Below the pieces are notes generated by a model. That model was not told the origin of the DNA. It saw only the letters and a list, made by a program, of their open reading frames with translations, and did not search any database. Of a stretch of DNA of 64,000 nucleotides, positions 36,183 through 46,554 are shown piece by piece; the first letter of the stretch is position 1; the number at the start of each line of letters is the position of its first letter. The translations under genes were made by a program, and so were the position numbers. This DNA is from Planctomycetota bacterium (lineage in GTDB: Bacteria; Planctomycetota; B15-G4), in the NCBI GenBank assembly GCA_965248575.1, contig CBDFJQ010000002.1, positions 2,304,001 to 2,368,000 of the forward strand. The letters run 5' to 3'.

Positions 36183-36290
36183 GGGCCCATCGTAGCGGCT
36201 GGACGCTCACTGTTCGCGCACGCGGTGCCCTTCACACACAGCGGCCCGGCCGCCAGCGCCTAGGGGAATCCTCACACCGGCCCGCGCGCC

Positions 36291-38570
36291 TCAACGGAAG
36301 CTGACCCAACTCATGCCGCCCGCGGGGATGCTGAGCGACAGCTGCACGTGGTGATCGCGGCCGAGGATTCGCTGCTCGTCCGTCCCTCCGTTCACCGAGA
36401 CCAGAGCGCTCTCCGAGAGCCCCGTGTAGTAGAGGTCCACGTCCAGGGTCTCCGTGGCCGCCGTCTCCAAGGGGTTGAAGGCCACCAGCATCCCGCGCGG
36501 AGAGTCCGGCGCCGATGGGTACGGATCGACGTGCAGCATCCAGTCGACGCGCCGCCCATCGGGCCGACGGCCGTGGATGACATCGCTCTCCAGGATCTCC
36601 CGGTGCTCCAGGAACCACGCCACCTGTTCGCTCAGGAGCGCTTGGGTGCGCTCGGTGTCGAACAGCCGCGGTCCGCGGAAGCAGGCCTGGACGCCCATGG
36701 CCAGGTTGGACTGCAGCATGCGCCCGTAGTGCTCGAGGTGCGCGTCCAGGGGTTCGATGGTCGCGGCCTCACCGCCACCGTGGTACTCGGTCAGGGGCAC
36801 GAACATCCAGCCCATGCTGGGCGTCTTGGTCCAGGTGCCGTCGTAGATGTTCTGGCGCGTGTGGATCACCTGCTCGGCTCGCGGCAGAGACCAGTTCACC
36901 TCGCGGTAGCCCATGCCGCTCTTGGTGGAACCCGACAGGTAATAGTAGTCCGGCACGTTCAGCGAGATGCCGCGCCCGCGGCACCAGGCATAGAAGTCCG
37001 TGATGCGGCGCCACTGCATCCAGCGCGAGTCCTCCGCCCCCGCATGGCCCGGATGGCTCTGAGAGAGGCACTCGTCGCCCGGGTAGTTGCCGTCGTGTTC
37101 GAGCAGGTTGAAGCCCGTGCGTTCGAAGAAGCTGCGCAGGGTCTCGAAGTAGGCCTGCCCCCAGGCGCTGCCCAAGCAGGGCGAGTTGCCGAAGGTGGGC
37201 CGCTTCCCTTCGGGCATGAGCACATCGTGCTCGGGAGAGATGCTTCGCGAAGCCAGCAGGGAGTAGCCGCCGATCTCCACCCCCTTCGCGCCGGCGAGCG
37301 CAGCCACCTCTGCCCACCCCGCCACCACCTCGGGGTCGTCCGTCTCGATGTTGAAGCCGCTTCCGAAGGAGAGGATCAGCATCTCGAACCCCACCGCCGC
37401 CGCCTCGTCAATGGCCCGCACGACCTCCGCGCGATCGGCGACACGCATGTGGTGCATCAAGGGGTTCTCGGTGACCCAGGGTGCGAGGGTGCGGTACATG
37501 CGGCGTTGCGTCAGACCGCGGCGCTCCCGTTCGCTGGAATCATGGACCAGCTCGAAAGCGCAGAAGCTCTCGAAGCTCTCGCCGGCTGGCACCGCCACCG
37601 CTGGCCCCAACTCGGGACCAACCTCCAGCAGGCAGGGTGTCACCCGCTGGTAATTGACCTGGCTCGCATACTGGGGGTCCGCCCGCCAGTGCACCGCCCG
37701 GTGTGAGGCGTTCGCGGCCGTCATGCCTCCGAAGGCGTAGTCGGTCTCCAGGTGCAGGCTCTCGGGGGCCGGGTAGGGAACCCCGTTGCGCGTCTCCACC
37801 CAACTCTCATCCTCCACGACTGCGAGCACTTCGGACACGAAGCTGTCGACGGTGATGGGTGTCGCCCCCCCGTTGTGCACCGAGATCCACTTGGCCATGA
37901 CCGGGATCCCGTCGTAGAGCTCGTAGTGAACCGACACCCGCACGTCCCGGTGCACTCCCTGGTCCGTACCTGCGGGCGACGCAAAGTCCAGGCGCAGTGA
38001 GACACCATTCGGAGGCCAGACGGCATCGGCTGCATGGTGGCGCACCCGCTTCCACGGCAGCCGTTCCCGGGGGGCCCCCACCTCATGACCGACGTAGTGG
38101 AAGGCTGTCGGTGCCGCCTTCAGCTCGTCGAGCCATGCCTCGCGCAGGAAGGCGTGATTCGGCTGCCCCACCAGCCCCCCCACGGCGTAGTCCTGCCCGT
38201 CCAAGGTGATCCGAGCCTCCGGTCGCACAGCGCGCACGAGTTCACGCTGCGCTGACAACTCCAAGAGCGAGAAGGTCGCGGCGTTGGGCGAGAGCAGGAA
38301 GCTGCGCCGCACGAGCCCGTTGTCGAGATGAAGACGCTGCCCTGCATCAGTGAGGTAGACGGCTGCGCGGGTCGGCACCGCTGCGATCAACGGATCCACG
38401 GTGCTGGTCGGGATGTCGTCCAGCGTGGCCACGACGTGCTCCCGCACTGCGGAGGGCACGGCATCGGATTGCCCGGGTCGTGACGGCAGCACCCGGGACT
38501 GCAGCGGCAGCGCTGGGGCCGTCCCTGCGCACAGAAGCAGCAGGAACGCCACACGACTTGGAAGGCTCAT
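36291..38570 (-). CDS. Secreted alpha-galactosidase-like glycoside hydrolase (GH36/clan D-like)
   Basis: Signal peptide; PWVTENP, GFEMLILSFGSG, LEHDGNYPGD, GYREVNWSLPR, PSMGWMFVPL. Confidence 0.72.
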   Translation of the reverse strand: MSLPSRVAFLLLLCAGTAPALPLQSRVLPSRPGQSDAVPSAVREHVVATLDDIPTSTVDPLIAAVPTRAAVYLTDAGQRLHLDNGLVRRSFLLSPNAATFSLLELSAQRELVRAVRPEARITLDGQDYAVGGLVGQPNHAFLREAWLDELKAAPTAFHYVGHEVGAPRERLPWKRVRHHAADAVWPPNGVSLRLDFASPAGTDQGVHRDVRVSVHYELYDGIPVMAKWISVHNGGATPITVDSFVSEVLAVVEDESWVETRNGVPYPAPESLHLETDYAFGGMTAANASHRAVHWRADPQYASQVNYQRVTPCLLEVGPELGPAVAVPAGESFESFCAFELVHDSSERERRGLTQRRMYRTLAPWVTENPLMHHMRVADRAEVVRAIDEAAAVGFEMLILSFGSGFNIETDDPEVVAGWAEVAALAGAKGVEIGGYSLLASRSISPEHDVLMPEGKRPTFGNSPCLGSAWGQAYFETLRSFFERTGFNLLEHDGNYPGDECLSQSHPGHAGAEDSRWMQWRRITDFYAWCRGRGISLNVPDYYYLSGSTKSGMGYREVNWSLPRAEQVIHTRQNIYDGTWTKTPSMGWMFVPLTEYHGGGEAATIEPLDAHLEHYGRMLQSNLAMGVQACFRGPRLFDTERTQALLSEQVAWFLEHREILESDVIHGRRPDGRRVDWMLHVDPYPSAPDSPRGMLVAFNPLETAATETLDVDLYYTGLSESALVSVNGGTDEQRILGRDHHVQLSLSIPAGGMSWVSFR

Positions 38571-38712
38571 CAGGAGGTTCCACGGGGGTGCGCCCCTCGG
38601 CGCCGGTCGACCAGACCGTCAGCCTATCGCAAGAGGGAATGCGTTACGCTCGGCGAGGAACCTGCTTCAGGGATGACAGCTCACACGAGAGGACACCTCC
38701 AAGGAGCCTGCA

Positions 38713-40716
38713 ATGGGCCGTGGTCTGGTCATCGTCGGAGTGCTCGGTGCCCTCTGTCTTGCGCTCTACCTGTTCGCGGCGGAGGACACGAGTCGGGCCG
38801 AGGCGGAACGGGATGCCTCCAGGAGCACGGCCGTGCGCTACGGCGGCGGAGCCGGCAGCCCGGCCGGGACGGTCCTGCCCCACGACGCGGGCCTGAGCCC
38901 GAAGCCCGTCTCCGAGCCCACGGAGCTGAGGCCCCGAGCTGACCTGCCCCGTGCCGCGCTCTTGGACAAGGCGCCCGCCCACACGCGCACCATCTCCGGG
39001 ATCGTGCGACGCCAGTCTGACGACAGCCCCTTGCCCGGGCTGCGCGTGCGCGTCAGCCCCGAAGGCTTCGACCCCATCGAGGTGCACACCCTCGAGGACC
39101 CGCCGGGGCGCTTCACCCTCGAGGGCGTTCCACACGGCACGGACTCCCTGACCCTGCTCTCGGACGGCCCGTGGCCCGAGCGCCAAGCCAGCCACCCCAT
39201 CCAAGCCGGCCCCAAGGACCTGCACGACCTGGTGCTGCATTTCGACAGCGGCTTCGCCGTCAGGGGCCTGGTCACGGATGAGCAAGGCGCTCCCGTTCCA
39301 CGCGCCGTGGCGGACGCGCAACAACGGGGCGAAGTTCCTGCGGACAACGCAGGCCGCTTCTTGCTGCCCGACATAGCGCCGCGCGCGGAGGCGGAGTCGG
39401 TGCAGATCGGGGCGCGTGCCCCTTGGTACCAGCGGGCCACCGAGGACGTGGTGATCCCGCGCTCCTCCTCGGAGGTGCCGTCCGTCCAGATCACCCTCAT
39501 GGGCAGCGGTGCTCTGGAAGGACAGGTGACGGACGCCAAGGGCCGTCCACTGGAGGACGCCAGCGTCCAACTCAGCTATGTCATGACCACCACCCACGGC
39601 GGGAGCGCGGCCAGCGGCCTGGAAGCCACCAGCGATGAGAAGGGCTCCTACCGCGTCGACCATGTGCCGCCGGGCCGGTACATCGTGCAGATCTCACCCC
39701 CAGGGCCCCGAGGCGTCTGGCAGGGCGGGGTGCTGGACGTCACTCCGCAACCTGCACCGTCCACTGCAGTCGAGGTGTGGCTTCCCGACATCGCGGTCCG
39801 CGTCGGAGAGGCGACGCGCCTCGATGTCTCGCTGCCGCAGGGCGCCTCCGTGAGCGGTCGGGTCAGCGATGCCTACGGCGCCCCCATCCCCGGTGCCACC
39901 CTGTTGCTGGAGCGCTCGGTCCGCTGGCCGGCCCCCGACCTCAGCGGCTCCTCCTCCACGACATCCGGTGAGCTGCGCATTGTGAGCCGGCGCTCCGGCG
40001 ACAAGCCAGGCGAGACCCTCCTCACCATCAAGGAGTTCGAGACCACGGCCGACGAGCGCGGCGCCTACACATTTCCGGGCCTCTCTCCTGGCGCCAAGCA
40101 ACTCACGGTGCGCGACCCCTCGGGAGAGCGCGTGGCGCAGCGCCTCGAGCTCGAACTCCTGGGAGGCCAGTCCCTCACCCGCAACATCCAGCTGCAGGCA
40201 GGCATCACTCTGCGTTCCCGCGTCGTGGACCAGGCGGGTGCACCTCTCGAGGGGGCTTCGGTGCAGGCCCGCCCGTCCGACACGACCCTTCTCGACAGCT
40301 CGGACGGCGTGGCCACGGATCACGACGGTCGATTTGAAATCAGGGGCCTGGCGCCCGGCGAGATGCGCCTGTCCATCTTCATGAGCGGATACCAGGGCTT
40401 GTTCGAGACGGTCCAAAGCACCTCGCCGGAACCGGAGTACGTACTCCTGCCCGCCCCCAGCGTGCAGGGTCGTGTCCTGGCTGCTCTGCACGAGGAGCCC
40501 CTCACGCAGTTCACCGTCATCGTGTCTTGCGCCGGTTCCACTTGGTCCAACCAGGGCAGCTTCGAAGAAGGGCGCTTCAAGTCCGACGTCAACGACGACG
40601 AACTCGCAACCGTCACCATCCGCGCCCCGGGCTACACCAGCCAGACCATGGAAGACGTACGCCCGTCCGAGACCGCGCTCCGCCCGCTGGAGTTCCTGAT
40701 GCATCGGGACCCCTAG
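38713..40716 (+). CDS. Membrane-anchored carboxypeptidase-regulatory-like repeat protein
   Basis: AAGGAG RBS; N-terminal TM; repeated G.V.D..G.P..GA.V and T...G.[FY]...L.PG units. Confidence 0.85.
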   Translation: MGRGLVIVGVLGALCLALYLFAAEDTSRAEAERDASRSTAVRYGGGAGSPAGTVLPHDAGLSPKPVSEPTELRPRADLPRAALLDKAPAHTRTISGIVRRQSDDSPLPGLRVRVSPEGFDPIEVHTLEDPPGRFTLEGVPHGTDSLTLLSDGPWPERQASHPIQAGPKDLHDLVLHFDSGFAVRGLVTDEQGAPVPRAVADAQQRGEVPADNAGRFLLPDIAPRAEAESVQIGARAPWYQRATEDVVIPRSSSEVPSVQITLMGSGALEGQVTDAKGRPLEDASVQLSYVMTTTHGGSAASGLEATSDEKGSYRVDHVPPGRYIVQISPPGPRGVWQGGVLDVTPQPAPSTAVEVWLPDIAVRVGEATRLDVSLPQGASVSGRVSDAYGAPIPGATLLLERSVRWPAPDLSGSSSTTSGELRIVSRRSGDKPGETLLTIKEFETTADERGAYTFPGLSPGAKQLTVRDPSGERVAQRLELELLGGQSLTRNIQLQAGITLRSRVVDQAGAPLEGASVQARPSDTTLLDSSDGVATDHDGRFEIRGLAPGEMRLSIFMSGYQGLFETVQSTSPEPEYVLLPAPSVQGRVLAALHEEPLTQFTVIVSCAGSTWSNQGSFEEGRFKSDVNDDELATVTIRAPGYTSQTMEDVRPSETALRPLEFLMHRDP

Positions 40717-40850
40717 ACCGCAGCGCGCTGCCTGCTGCAAGGCGCTTCGGCCCGGATCACTGTTTGTGGTGCGCGCGTCCCTCAGTTGCAGCGCACGGGG
40801 CGAATGGCCGCGGACAGTCTCGATGACAACTTGGTGCTCGCCCTCAGCGC

Positions 40851-41375
40851 TCAGCCACTGAGCCGGAACGTGTCTTCGCCGAAGGGGACGGCCTGTTCCG
40901 GAGCCGTGGTCTTGTTGCGCGCTTCGTGCTCCAACAAACGACGTTTCAAATCCACTCCTCCTGCGAATCCCGTCAACGACCCATCACTTCCGACCACGCG
41001 ATGGCACGGCACGATGATGCCCAGGGGGTTGGCGCCGTTGGCCGCACCGATGGCGCGCACGGCCGTGGGGCGCCCGACGCGCTCCGCCTGCTGCGCGTAA
41101 CTGCGTGTCTCCCCGTAGGGGATCTCCCGCAAGGCCACCCAGGCCTCCCGCTGGAATTCCGTGCCCACCGGATCCAACGCCAGATCGAATTGCCGCAGGC
41201 TTCCGTCGAAGTACTGCTCCAGCTGGAGGGCCAGCGCAAGGAACAGCGGGTGCGAGAGGTTCGCCGCGCCCTGCTCCTTGGGCAGCGACCACTGCAGGCA
41301 CCGCAGGCCCTGCTCGCTGGCCAGGGCGTGCAAGGGTCCGAGCGGTGAGTCCAGGGTGCTCATGAGCAGTGTCAT
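40851..41375 (-). CDS. ogt: Methylated-DNA-[protein]-cysteine S-methyltransferase
   Basis: SPLGPL, GTEFQ, IPYGETRSY, NPLGIIVPCHRVVG; TGATG overlap with alkA. Confidence 0.93.
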   Translation of the reverse strand: MTLLMSTLDSPLGPLHALASEQGLRCLQWSLPKEQGAANLSHPLFLALALQLEQYFDGSLRQFDLALDPVGTEFQREAWVALREIPYGETRSYAQQAERVGRPTAVRAIGAANGANPLGIIVPCHRVVGSDGSLTGFAGGVDLKRRLLEHEARNKTTAPEQAVPFGEDTFRLSG

Positions 41376-42847
41376 CAGCGGCTCCGTGCCGAGGGTCTGG
41401 TGCGCGAGGGTTTGCGAGGCGGTGTCGTTTGGCTCGCGGCGTCCATCCAAAGGTAGGCCGTCGCCAAGCTGCGATGCGGCCGCCAGGCTTCTGCGATCTG
41501 TTCCAGCTCCTTCGCGGACATCGGCTCGCTGCGACCGAGCCTGCGGGCTGCGTTCTTGCGCAGGCCGAGGTCCCCGGAGGGGAAAGCATCCGGATGACCA
41601 AACACACGAGCGGCCATCAGGTGCGCCGTCCACGGGCCGATCCCCGGCACGGCCTGCAAGCTCTCGAGAGTTTCCTCCAGGGGAGAGCAGCGAGACAGAT
41701 CCAGATCGCCCCGAGCCACGGCTCGGGCGAACGCACTGACGGTCCTCGCCCGTGCGCCGGGCACGCCGAGCTTGTCGAGCTTCGCATCCGCCAGCACGGC
41801 AGCACTGGGAAACAGCCTCGAAAGCCCGCCGGGTAGCGCCGCCTGCACGGGGACGCCAAAGCGTTCGGCCAGTCGCCCTGCGATGGTCGAGGCACCCGCC
41901 ACGCTGACCTGCTGCCCGACGATGATGCGCACGGCGGTTTCGAAGCGATCCCAAGCCCCGAGCAAGCGCAGGCCCGGGCGCTGACGAACCGAAGGCCCCA
42001 GCAGGGCGTCTCGACCGAGGGATCGCCTCGCGGAGCCCGTGTCCAGGTCGAGTTGGAACAGTTGTCGCACCCGCTGCACGTCGTCAATGATCGAACCGAA
42101 GGTCGGGAGATGCATGGTCACCGCAAGGTGCCCGCCACCACTCTCGCCAGCCTCTACCTCAACGACCCCAGGGAAGCCGCAGGCGTTCATGGTGCGGCGG
42201 TAGACACCTCCGTCCACGGTCTCGACACCCGGTATCGCCCGGGCTCGCAGGTACTGGATGAGCGTGTCCGCCTCCAGCGCTCCCCGATACGGAACGCGAA
42301 GTCTCAGCCCTCCATCCAGCGCGTCCAGGGGCACGCCACGAGTGCGTTTGGAACGCAGCTCGGTGGGAGTGAAGGCGAAGAGCTCGCGCATCACGCGGTT
42401 CATCTGCCGCAGGCTCGAGAAGCCTGCTGCGAAGGCAATGTCCAGCACGCTGAGCTCCGTCTCGTCCAACAACCTGCGCGCGAGATGGGCGCGACGAGCT
42501 CGTGCCACGAAGTCAGGGGAAGCACCGATGTGTTCATCGAACAGGCGCGCCAGGTGCCGGCTGCTGTACCCGGTGCGCTCGGCGAGCTGTTCGACCTTCG
42601 CCGAATCCAGGAAGCCCTCGGCGACCAGGCGCAAGGCCTGCGACAACTCGGGAGGCGGGTCACCTCTCTCCAAGCCGCCCAGCGGGCCCTCAGGTAGACG
42701 GTCAGGGCGGCAGAGCAGGCACGGACGGAAACCCGCCGCCATGGCGGCCACCGCGCTGCGCACAGGTTGGACGTTCTGCGCTTGCGGCCGGGCCGGGCAA
42801 TCGGCGCGGCAGTAGATTCCGGTCGTGAGCACACCCTGTAGCTGCAT
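41375..42847 (-). CDS. alkA: Ada(Zn)-AraC-AlkA fusion DNA-3-methyladenine glycosylase
   Basis: TTGIYCRADCPAR...FRPCLLCRP Zn site; AraC HTH; RAIPGVE AlkA_N; IVGQQVSV, GIGPWTA, FPSGDLGL. Confidence 0.92.
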   Translation of the reverse strand: MQLQGVLTTGIYCRADCPARPQAQNVQPVRSAVAAMAAGFRPCLLCRPDRLPEGPLGGLERGDPPPELSQALRLVAEGFLDSAKVEQLAERTGYSSRHLARLFDEHIGASPDFVARARRAHLARRLLDETELSVLDIAFAAGFSSLRQMNRVMRELFAFTPTELRSKRTRGVPLDALDGGLRLRVPYRGALEADTLIQYLRARAIPGVETVDGGVYRRTMNACGFPGVVEVEAGESGGGHLAVTMHLPTFGSIIDDVQRVRQLFQLDLDTGSARRSLGRDALLGPSVRQRPGLRLLGAWDRFETAVRIIVGQQVSVAGASTIAGRLAERFGVPVQAALPGGLSRLFPSAAVLADAKLDKLGVPGARARTVSAFARAVARGDLDLSRCSPLEETLESLQAVPGIGPWTAHLMAARVFGHPDAFPSGDLGLRKNAARRLGRSEPMSAKELEQIAEAWRPHRSLATAYLWMDAASQTTPPRKPSRTRPSARSR

Positions 42848-43041
42848 GGGCCCAGTGTCGCCTGAGTCCGGCGCTCGATGCTCGCCAGATCTGGACATTT
42901 GCCCGGACGCCAGCAGCGCCTGCCCCAAGCCATGGACTCCCGGCATGCGTGATAGGATCTTGAGCGGAAAGAAGACGTGCGGAGAAGCCGCCGCACTCTG
43001 TTGCCGCACCACGTTGCCGCACCAAGCCTTGGAGACACAGG

Positions 43042-43788
43042 ATGCTGCCCAACCGTCGAAGTCTGATCTCGATTCCTCTGCTACTGATTGGCTTGGGAGC
43101 ACCCACGCTCAGCGCTCAACAAACCCACGTCATCCAACAGATCCAGAGCACCTTCGTGCCCAACTTCGTGACGGCCAAGGTCGGCGACTCCATCCGCTGG
43201 GTGCGCACCGGCGGCACCCACACCGTCACCGAGGGCACGCCCCCCGTCTCCGGCACCGGAGCGGAAGCCTTCGACGCACCCCTCGACGCCGCCAATCCGG
43301 AGTTCCTTTTGGTGGTGGATGAGGACTTCTTGTGCGGTTTCCCGCAACCCAACAACAACCTCTACAACTTCTACTGCATCCCCCACGCACCGGGGATGAA
43401 GGGCCAGTTCCGGGTGCAGAGCCCCTGGCTGCCCCTGTTCAATGCACTGCCGGGAACGCTGGGGGCGCCCCGCCTGTGCGGCTTCGGTCCGCTGACCGAG
43501 GGCACCGAGTTGAGCCTCACGCTCTCCAATGCGCTGCCCAACGCCTTGGGCGGCGTTTTCCTCGGCCTCACCCAGGGCAACGCGCCGTTCTACGGTGGCA
43601 CCCTGGTGCCCTTTCCGTTGCAGGCCGCGGTCTACTTCAACACGGGCCCTGCCGGTGAGTTTGGCGGCGGCACCCTCGTCTCACCTGGGCTCATCGGAGC
43701 CTTCGCCTACCTTCAGGCAGCGGTCGATGACCCGGGGGCCGTCGAGGGCATCGCCCTGAGCAACGCGATCCGCGCCCGCTTCCAGTAG
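43042..43788 (+). CDS. Secreted plastocyanin/cupredoxin-domain protein with shared C-terminal domain
   Basis: Signal peptide; type-1 Cu ligands HTV and YCIPHAPGM; C-domain WLPL...LQAAVDDPGA...SNAI (43426-43788). Confidence 0.88.
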   Translation: MLPNRRSLISIPLLLIGLGAPTLSAQQTHVIQQIQSTFVPNFVTAKVGDSIRWVRTGGTHTVTEGTPPVSGTGAEAFDAPLDAANPEFLLVVDEDFLCGFPQPNNNLYNFYCIPHAPGMKGQFRVQSPWLPLFNALPGTLGAPRLCGFGPLTEGTELSLTLSNALPNALGGVFLGLTQGNAPFYGGTLVPFPLQAAVYFNTGPAGEFGGGTLVSPGLIGAFAYLQAAVDDPGAVEGIALSNAIRARFQ

Positions 43789-43883
43789 ATCTTCCGGACA
43801 ACTGACACAAAAGCAGCAGGCCGGGAACGGACCGACAATCATTCATCTGACTCAGCTCCTTGGCCCCTGACACTATCCGCTCG

Positions 43884-46508
43884 ATGAGCCAGAGTTTCGA
43901 AGATCGCCACGATCGCGCACGCCGGCTGCTCGTCGAGTTCATGGCTCAGGGCGGCACGATCAGCGACAGCCAGGCGCTCCGGCACCTGTGCGAACTGCAT
44001 GAGGATGTTGCCCCCCAGATCCACGCCCATGCGGCGAGCTTGCTCGGTGAGGACTTTCTTCCCCAAGATCTGGACTCGGAGTCGAAGCGCGCCCTGGAGG
44101 TTCAGCGCCGCGAACTGATGACCCGGGACGACGTCCCACGCCGCCTTATCGTCAAAGGAGTCATCGGGCGTGGCGGCATGTCCGTAGTCCGGAGCGCATG
44201 GGATCGGGACCTGGATCGCGACGTGGCGCTCAAGCATCCAGCCGCCCCGCAAGAGATCGACGAGGCCTTTCCTGCCTCATCACAGACCCCCGACTATGAA
44301 GTCAGCGTCTCCATGCGACGGTTCCTCGACGAGGCGCATCTGACCGCCTCCTTGGAACACCCCGCGATCGTTCCTGTGCATACCATCGGCGCAGATCAGT
44401 CTGGTCGTCCGTACTTCACCATGAAGCTGGTGAAGGGCGTGACCTTCGAGTCCATTGCGCGCTGGGCCCGGGAGTCCCGTGAGGGCTGGACTTTGAACTC
44501 AGCCCTCGAAGTGTTGCTGCGCATAACCGATGCCCTCGCCTACGCGCACAGCTGTCACATCATTCACCGTGACGTGAAGCCTCGAAACATCATGGTCGGA
44601 GAGTTCGGCAGCGCCTACCTCATGGATTGGGGCCTGGCACGGCGAATGGGGGACGACTGGTCTGCATCCCAAGCAGCGGCAGGCTCCGATGCCATCGCGC
44701 GCACCACGCCCGAACCGTCGACCGCACTGACCCGTGCCAGGGGCGTTGTGGGTACCGTCCCCTTCATGTCCCCAGAGCAAGCAGCAGGCGCCACCGTCAA
44801 CGAGCTAACCGACGTTTACTCCATCGGCGCTGTCCTCTACTTCCTCCTGAGCGGAAAGGAGCCCTACCCGCCAGGGACGCTCCCCAACACCGTGGTGACG
44901 GAGGCCCCACCTCCTCTCTCGGAAGTCGTCGGCACACACCAAAGTTCAGAGCTCGTCGAGCTCTGCAATACGGCGATGGCAAGACAGCCCGAGCATCGGT
45001 TCGACTCTGCCGTTGAAGTGGCGCGATCACTGCGCGATTACCTGGAAGACGCAAGCGAGGATCGCCAAGCTGCCATCCGGCAAGCCCGCCGCGCTCGCTT
45101 GCAAGCGCAACGGTTGCGGGATGTCCTGGGACGTCGGGCTCCGAGTGTGGCCAAGGGGAAAGAGGTCACCGTTCGCGAGGCCATTGAGGACCTGGCCAGC
45201 TCCATCAACGCCGACAACCACCCCACACCGGATGACGAGGCCTACGACCGGGAGACCCTCGGTTGCCTGTTTCGTGAACTGGGAGAGCTAGCACGTGCCG
45301 AAGAGCACCTCGGCAAGGCATGCCAGCTCTACACCGATGAGGCCGACAGGCTCGGGTGTGCCGTTGAATTCGGCCTCGTGTTGGACCGCCTGAGGAGAAC
45401 AGAGACCTACGAGCACATGAAAACCAATCGCGAACGGCTGCTCGCCTCTGTCGGCCCCGCACATTCCTACTCGATTCGCCAGGCGTATCTTCTTGCCGAG
45501 CATGTTCGACGGGTTCGTGGTGACTTGGCCGAAGCCGAAGCGCTGTACCAGGCCGTCATCAGCCAACGCGAATCCCAGACGGGTGGTCGCTACGACCTTC
45601 AACTCGTGGAGGCACGACTCGGGCTTGGGCTCTGCATGCTTCAACGGGGGTTGACCGACCAAGCCCTTGAGGCTCTCGAGAGCTGCCACCGTCAGCTGGA
45701 GGAGAATGAGTCGGAGTCATTCCCCCTCACGATCTATGCGGCCATCGACCTCGCCAAGGCGCTCGACATGGCAGGGGAGCTCACAAGAGCCGAGGCCTAC
45801 CTTGCGAAAGCCGTCTCGATGCTGGGACGCGTCATGGGCCCCGAACATCCCGACACCCTTCTGGCAAAGAACAACCTGGCGAAGGTTTGGATTCGCGGAG
45901 ATCGCCTCGCGGAAGCAGAAGACCTCCTGACAGAGACCCTCAGCTGTCTTGAGAACGGCGATGTCAACGAACGAGACACGACACGCATGTTCGTGATGGC
46001 AAATCTTGGGCTGGCCAAGAGCCTGAACAAGGCGCCTCTCGAAGGCGAGAAGCTCCTGCGAGACGTCCTGCGTCTCACGGAACGCTCCCTCGACGCCCAC
46101 CATCCCTACACGGCGCTGTTCAGGCTCTGTCTGGCAACTTCGCTTGAAGCGCAAGGTCGCGTCGAGGAAGCGACCTCCGAGCTCCAGGAAGTCGTAGCGG
46201 CCCAGTCGCCGACGCACGGTTCGGTCTCGCGCCAGTTCAGGGAAGCGGCCACGAGGTTGGATGCCCACCTGGAAGATCTGGGACGCGCAGCAGAGCGAGA
46301 CAGGCTGCGCAGCTCGATCGGCCATTCGCTCCAAGGCGTCGGCCTGCATGAGGAAGCGGTTGATTGGCTGGTTCGAGCGTCGGCGGGTTTGGCGGCCCGG
46401 CTTGGGGAGGACCATCCAGCCACTCTGGACATCGAAGCCGCCATTCAGACTTCTCGCGACGCACGAGCGCTTCATCAGGACCCAGAAGAAAGCCGGCGAT
46501 CACCCTAG
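43884..46508 (+). CDS. Ser/Thr protein kinase with TPR repeats, no obvious TM
   Basis: GRGGMSVV, VALK, HRDVKPRN, DWG, FMSPEQ, DVYSIG; repeats GPEHPDTL...NNLA, GEDHPATL. Confidence 0.92.
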   Translation: MSQSFEDRHDRARRLLVEFMAQGGTISDSQALRHLCELHEDVAPQIHAHAASLLGEDFLPQDLDSESKRALEVQRRELMTRDDVPRRLIVKGVIGRGGMSVVRSAWDRDLDRDVALKHPAAPQEIDEAFPASSQTPDYEVSVSMRRFLDEAHLTASLEHPAIVPVHTIGADQSGRPYFTMKLVKGVTFESIARWARESREGWTLNSALEVLLRITDALAYAHSCHIIHRDVKPRNIMVGEFGSAYLMDWGLARRMGDDWSASQAAAGSDAIARTTPEPSTALTRARGVVGTVPFMSPEQAAGATVNELTDVYSIGAVLYFLLSGKEPYPPGTLPNTVVTEAPPPLSEVVGTHQSSELVELCNTAMARQPEHRFDSAVEVARSLRDYLEDASEDRQAAIRQARRARLQAQRLRDVLGRRAPSVAKGKEVTVREAIEDLASSINADNHPTPDDEAYDRETLGCLFRELGELARAEEHLGKACQLYTDEADRLGCAVEFGLVLDRLRRTETYEHMKTNRERLLASVGPAHSYSIRQAYLLAEHVRRVRGDLAEAEALYQAVISQRESQTGGRYDLQLVEARLGLGLCMLQRGLTDQALEALESCHRQLEENESESFPLTIYAAIDLAKALDMAGELTRAEAYLAKAVSMLGRVMGPEHPDTLLAKNNLAKVWIRGDRLAEAEDLLTETLSCLENGDVNERDTTRMFVMANLGLAKSLNKAPLEGEKLLRDVLRLTERSLDAHHPYTALFRLCLATSLEAQGRVEEATSELQEVVAAQSPTHGSVSRQFREAATRLDAHLEDLGRAAERDRLRSSIGHSLQGVGLHEEAVDWLVRASAGLAARLGEDHPATLDIEAAIQTSRDARALHQDPEESRRSP

Positions 46509-46554
46509 GGCGATCGCCGACTCTGAGAACCCGCTGACATGCTCTGATCGTTGC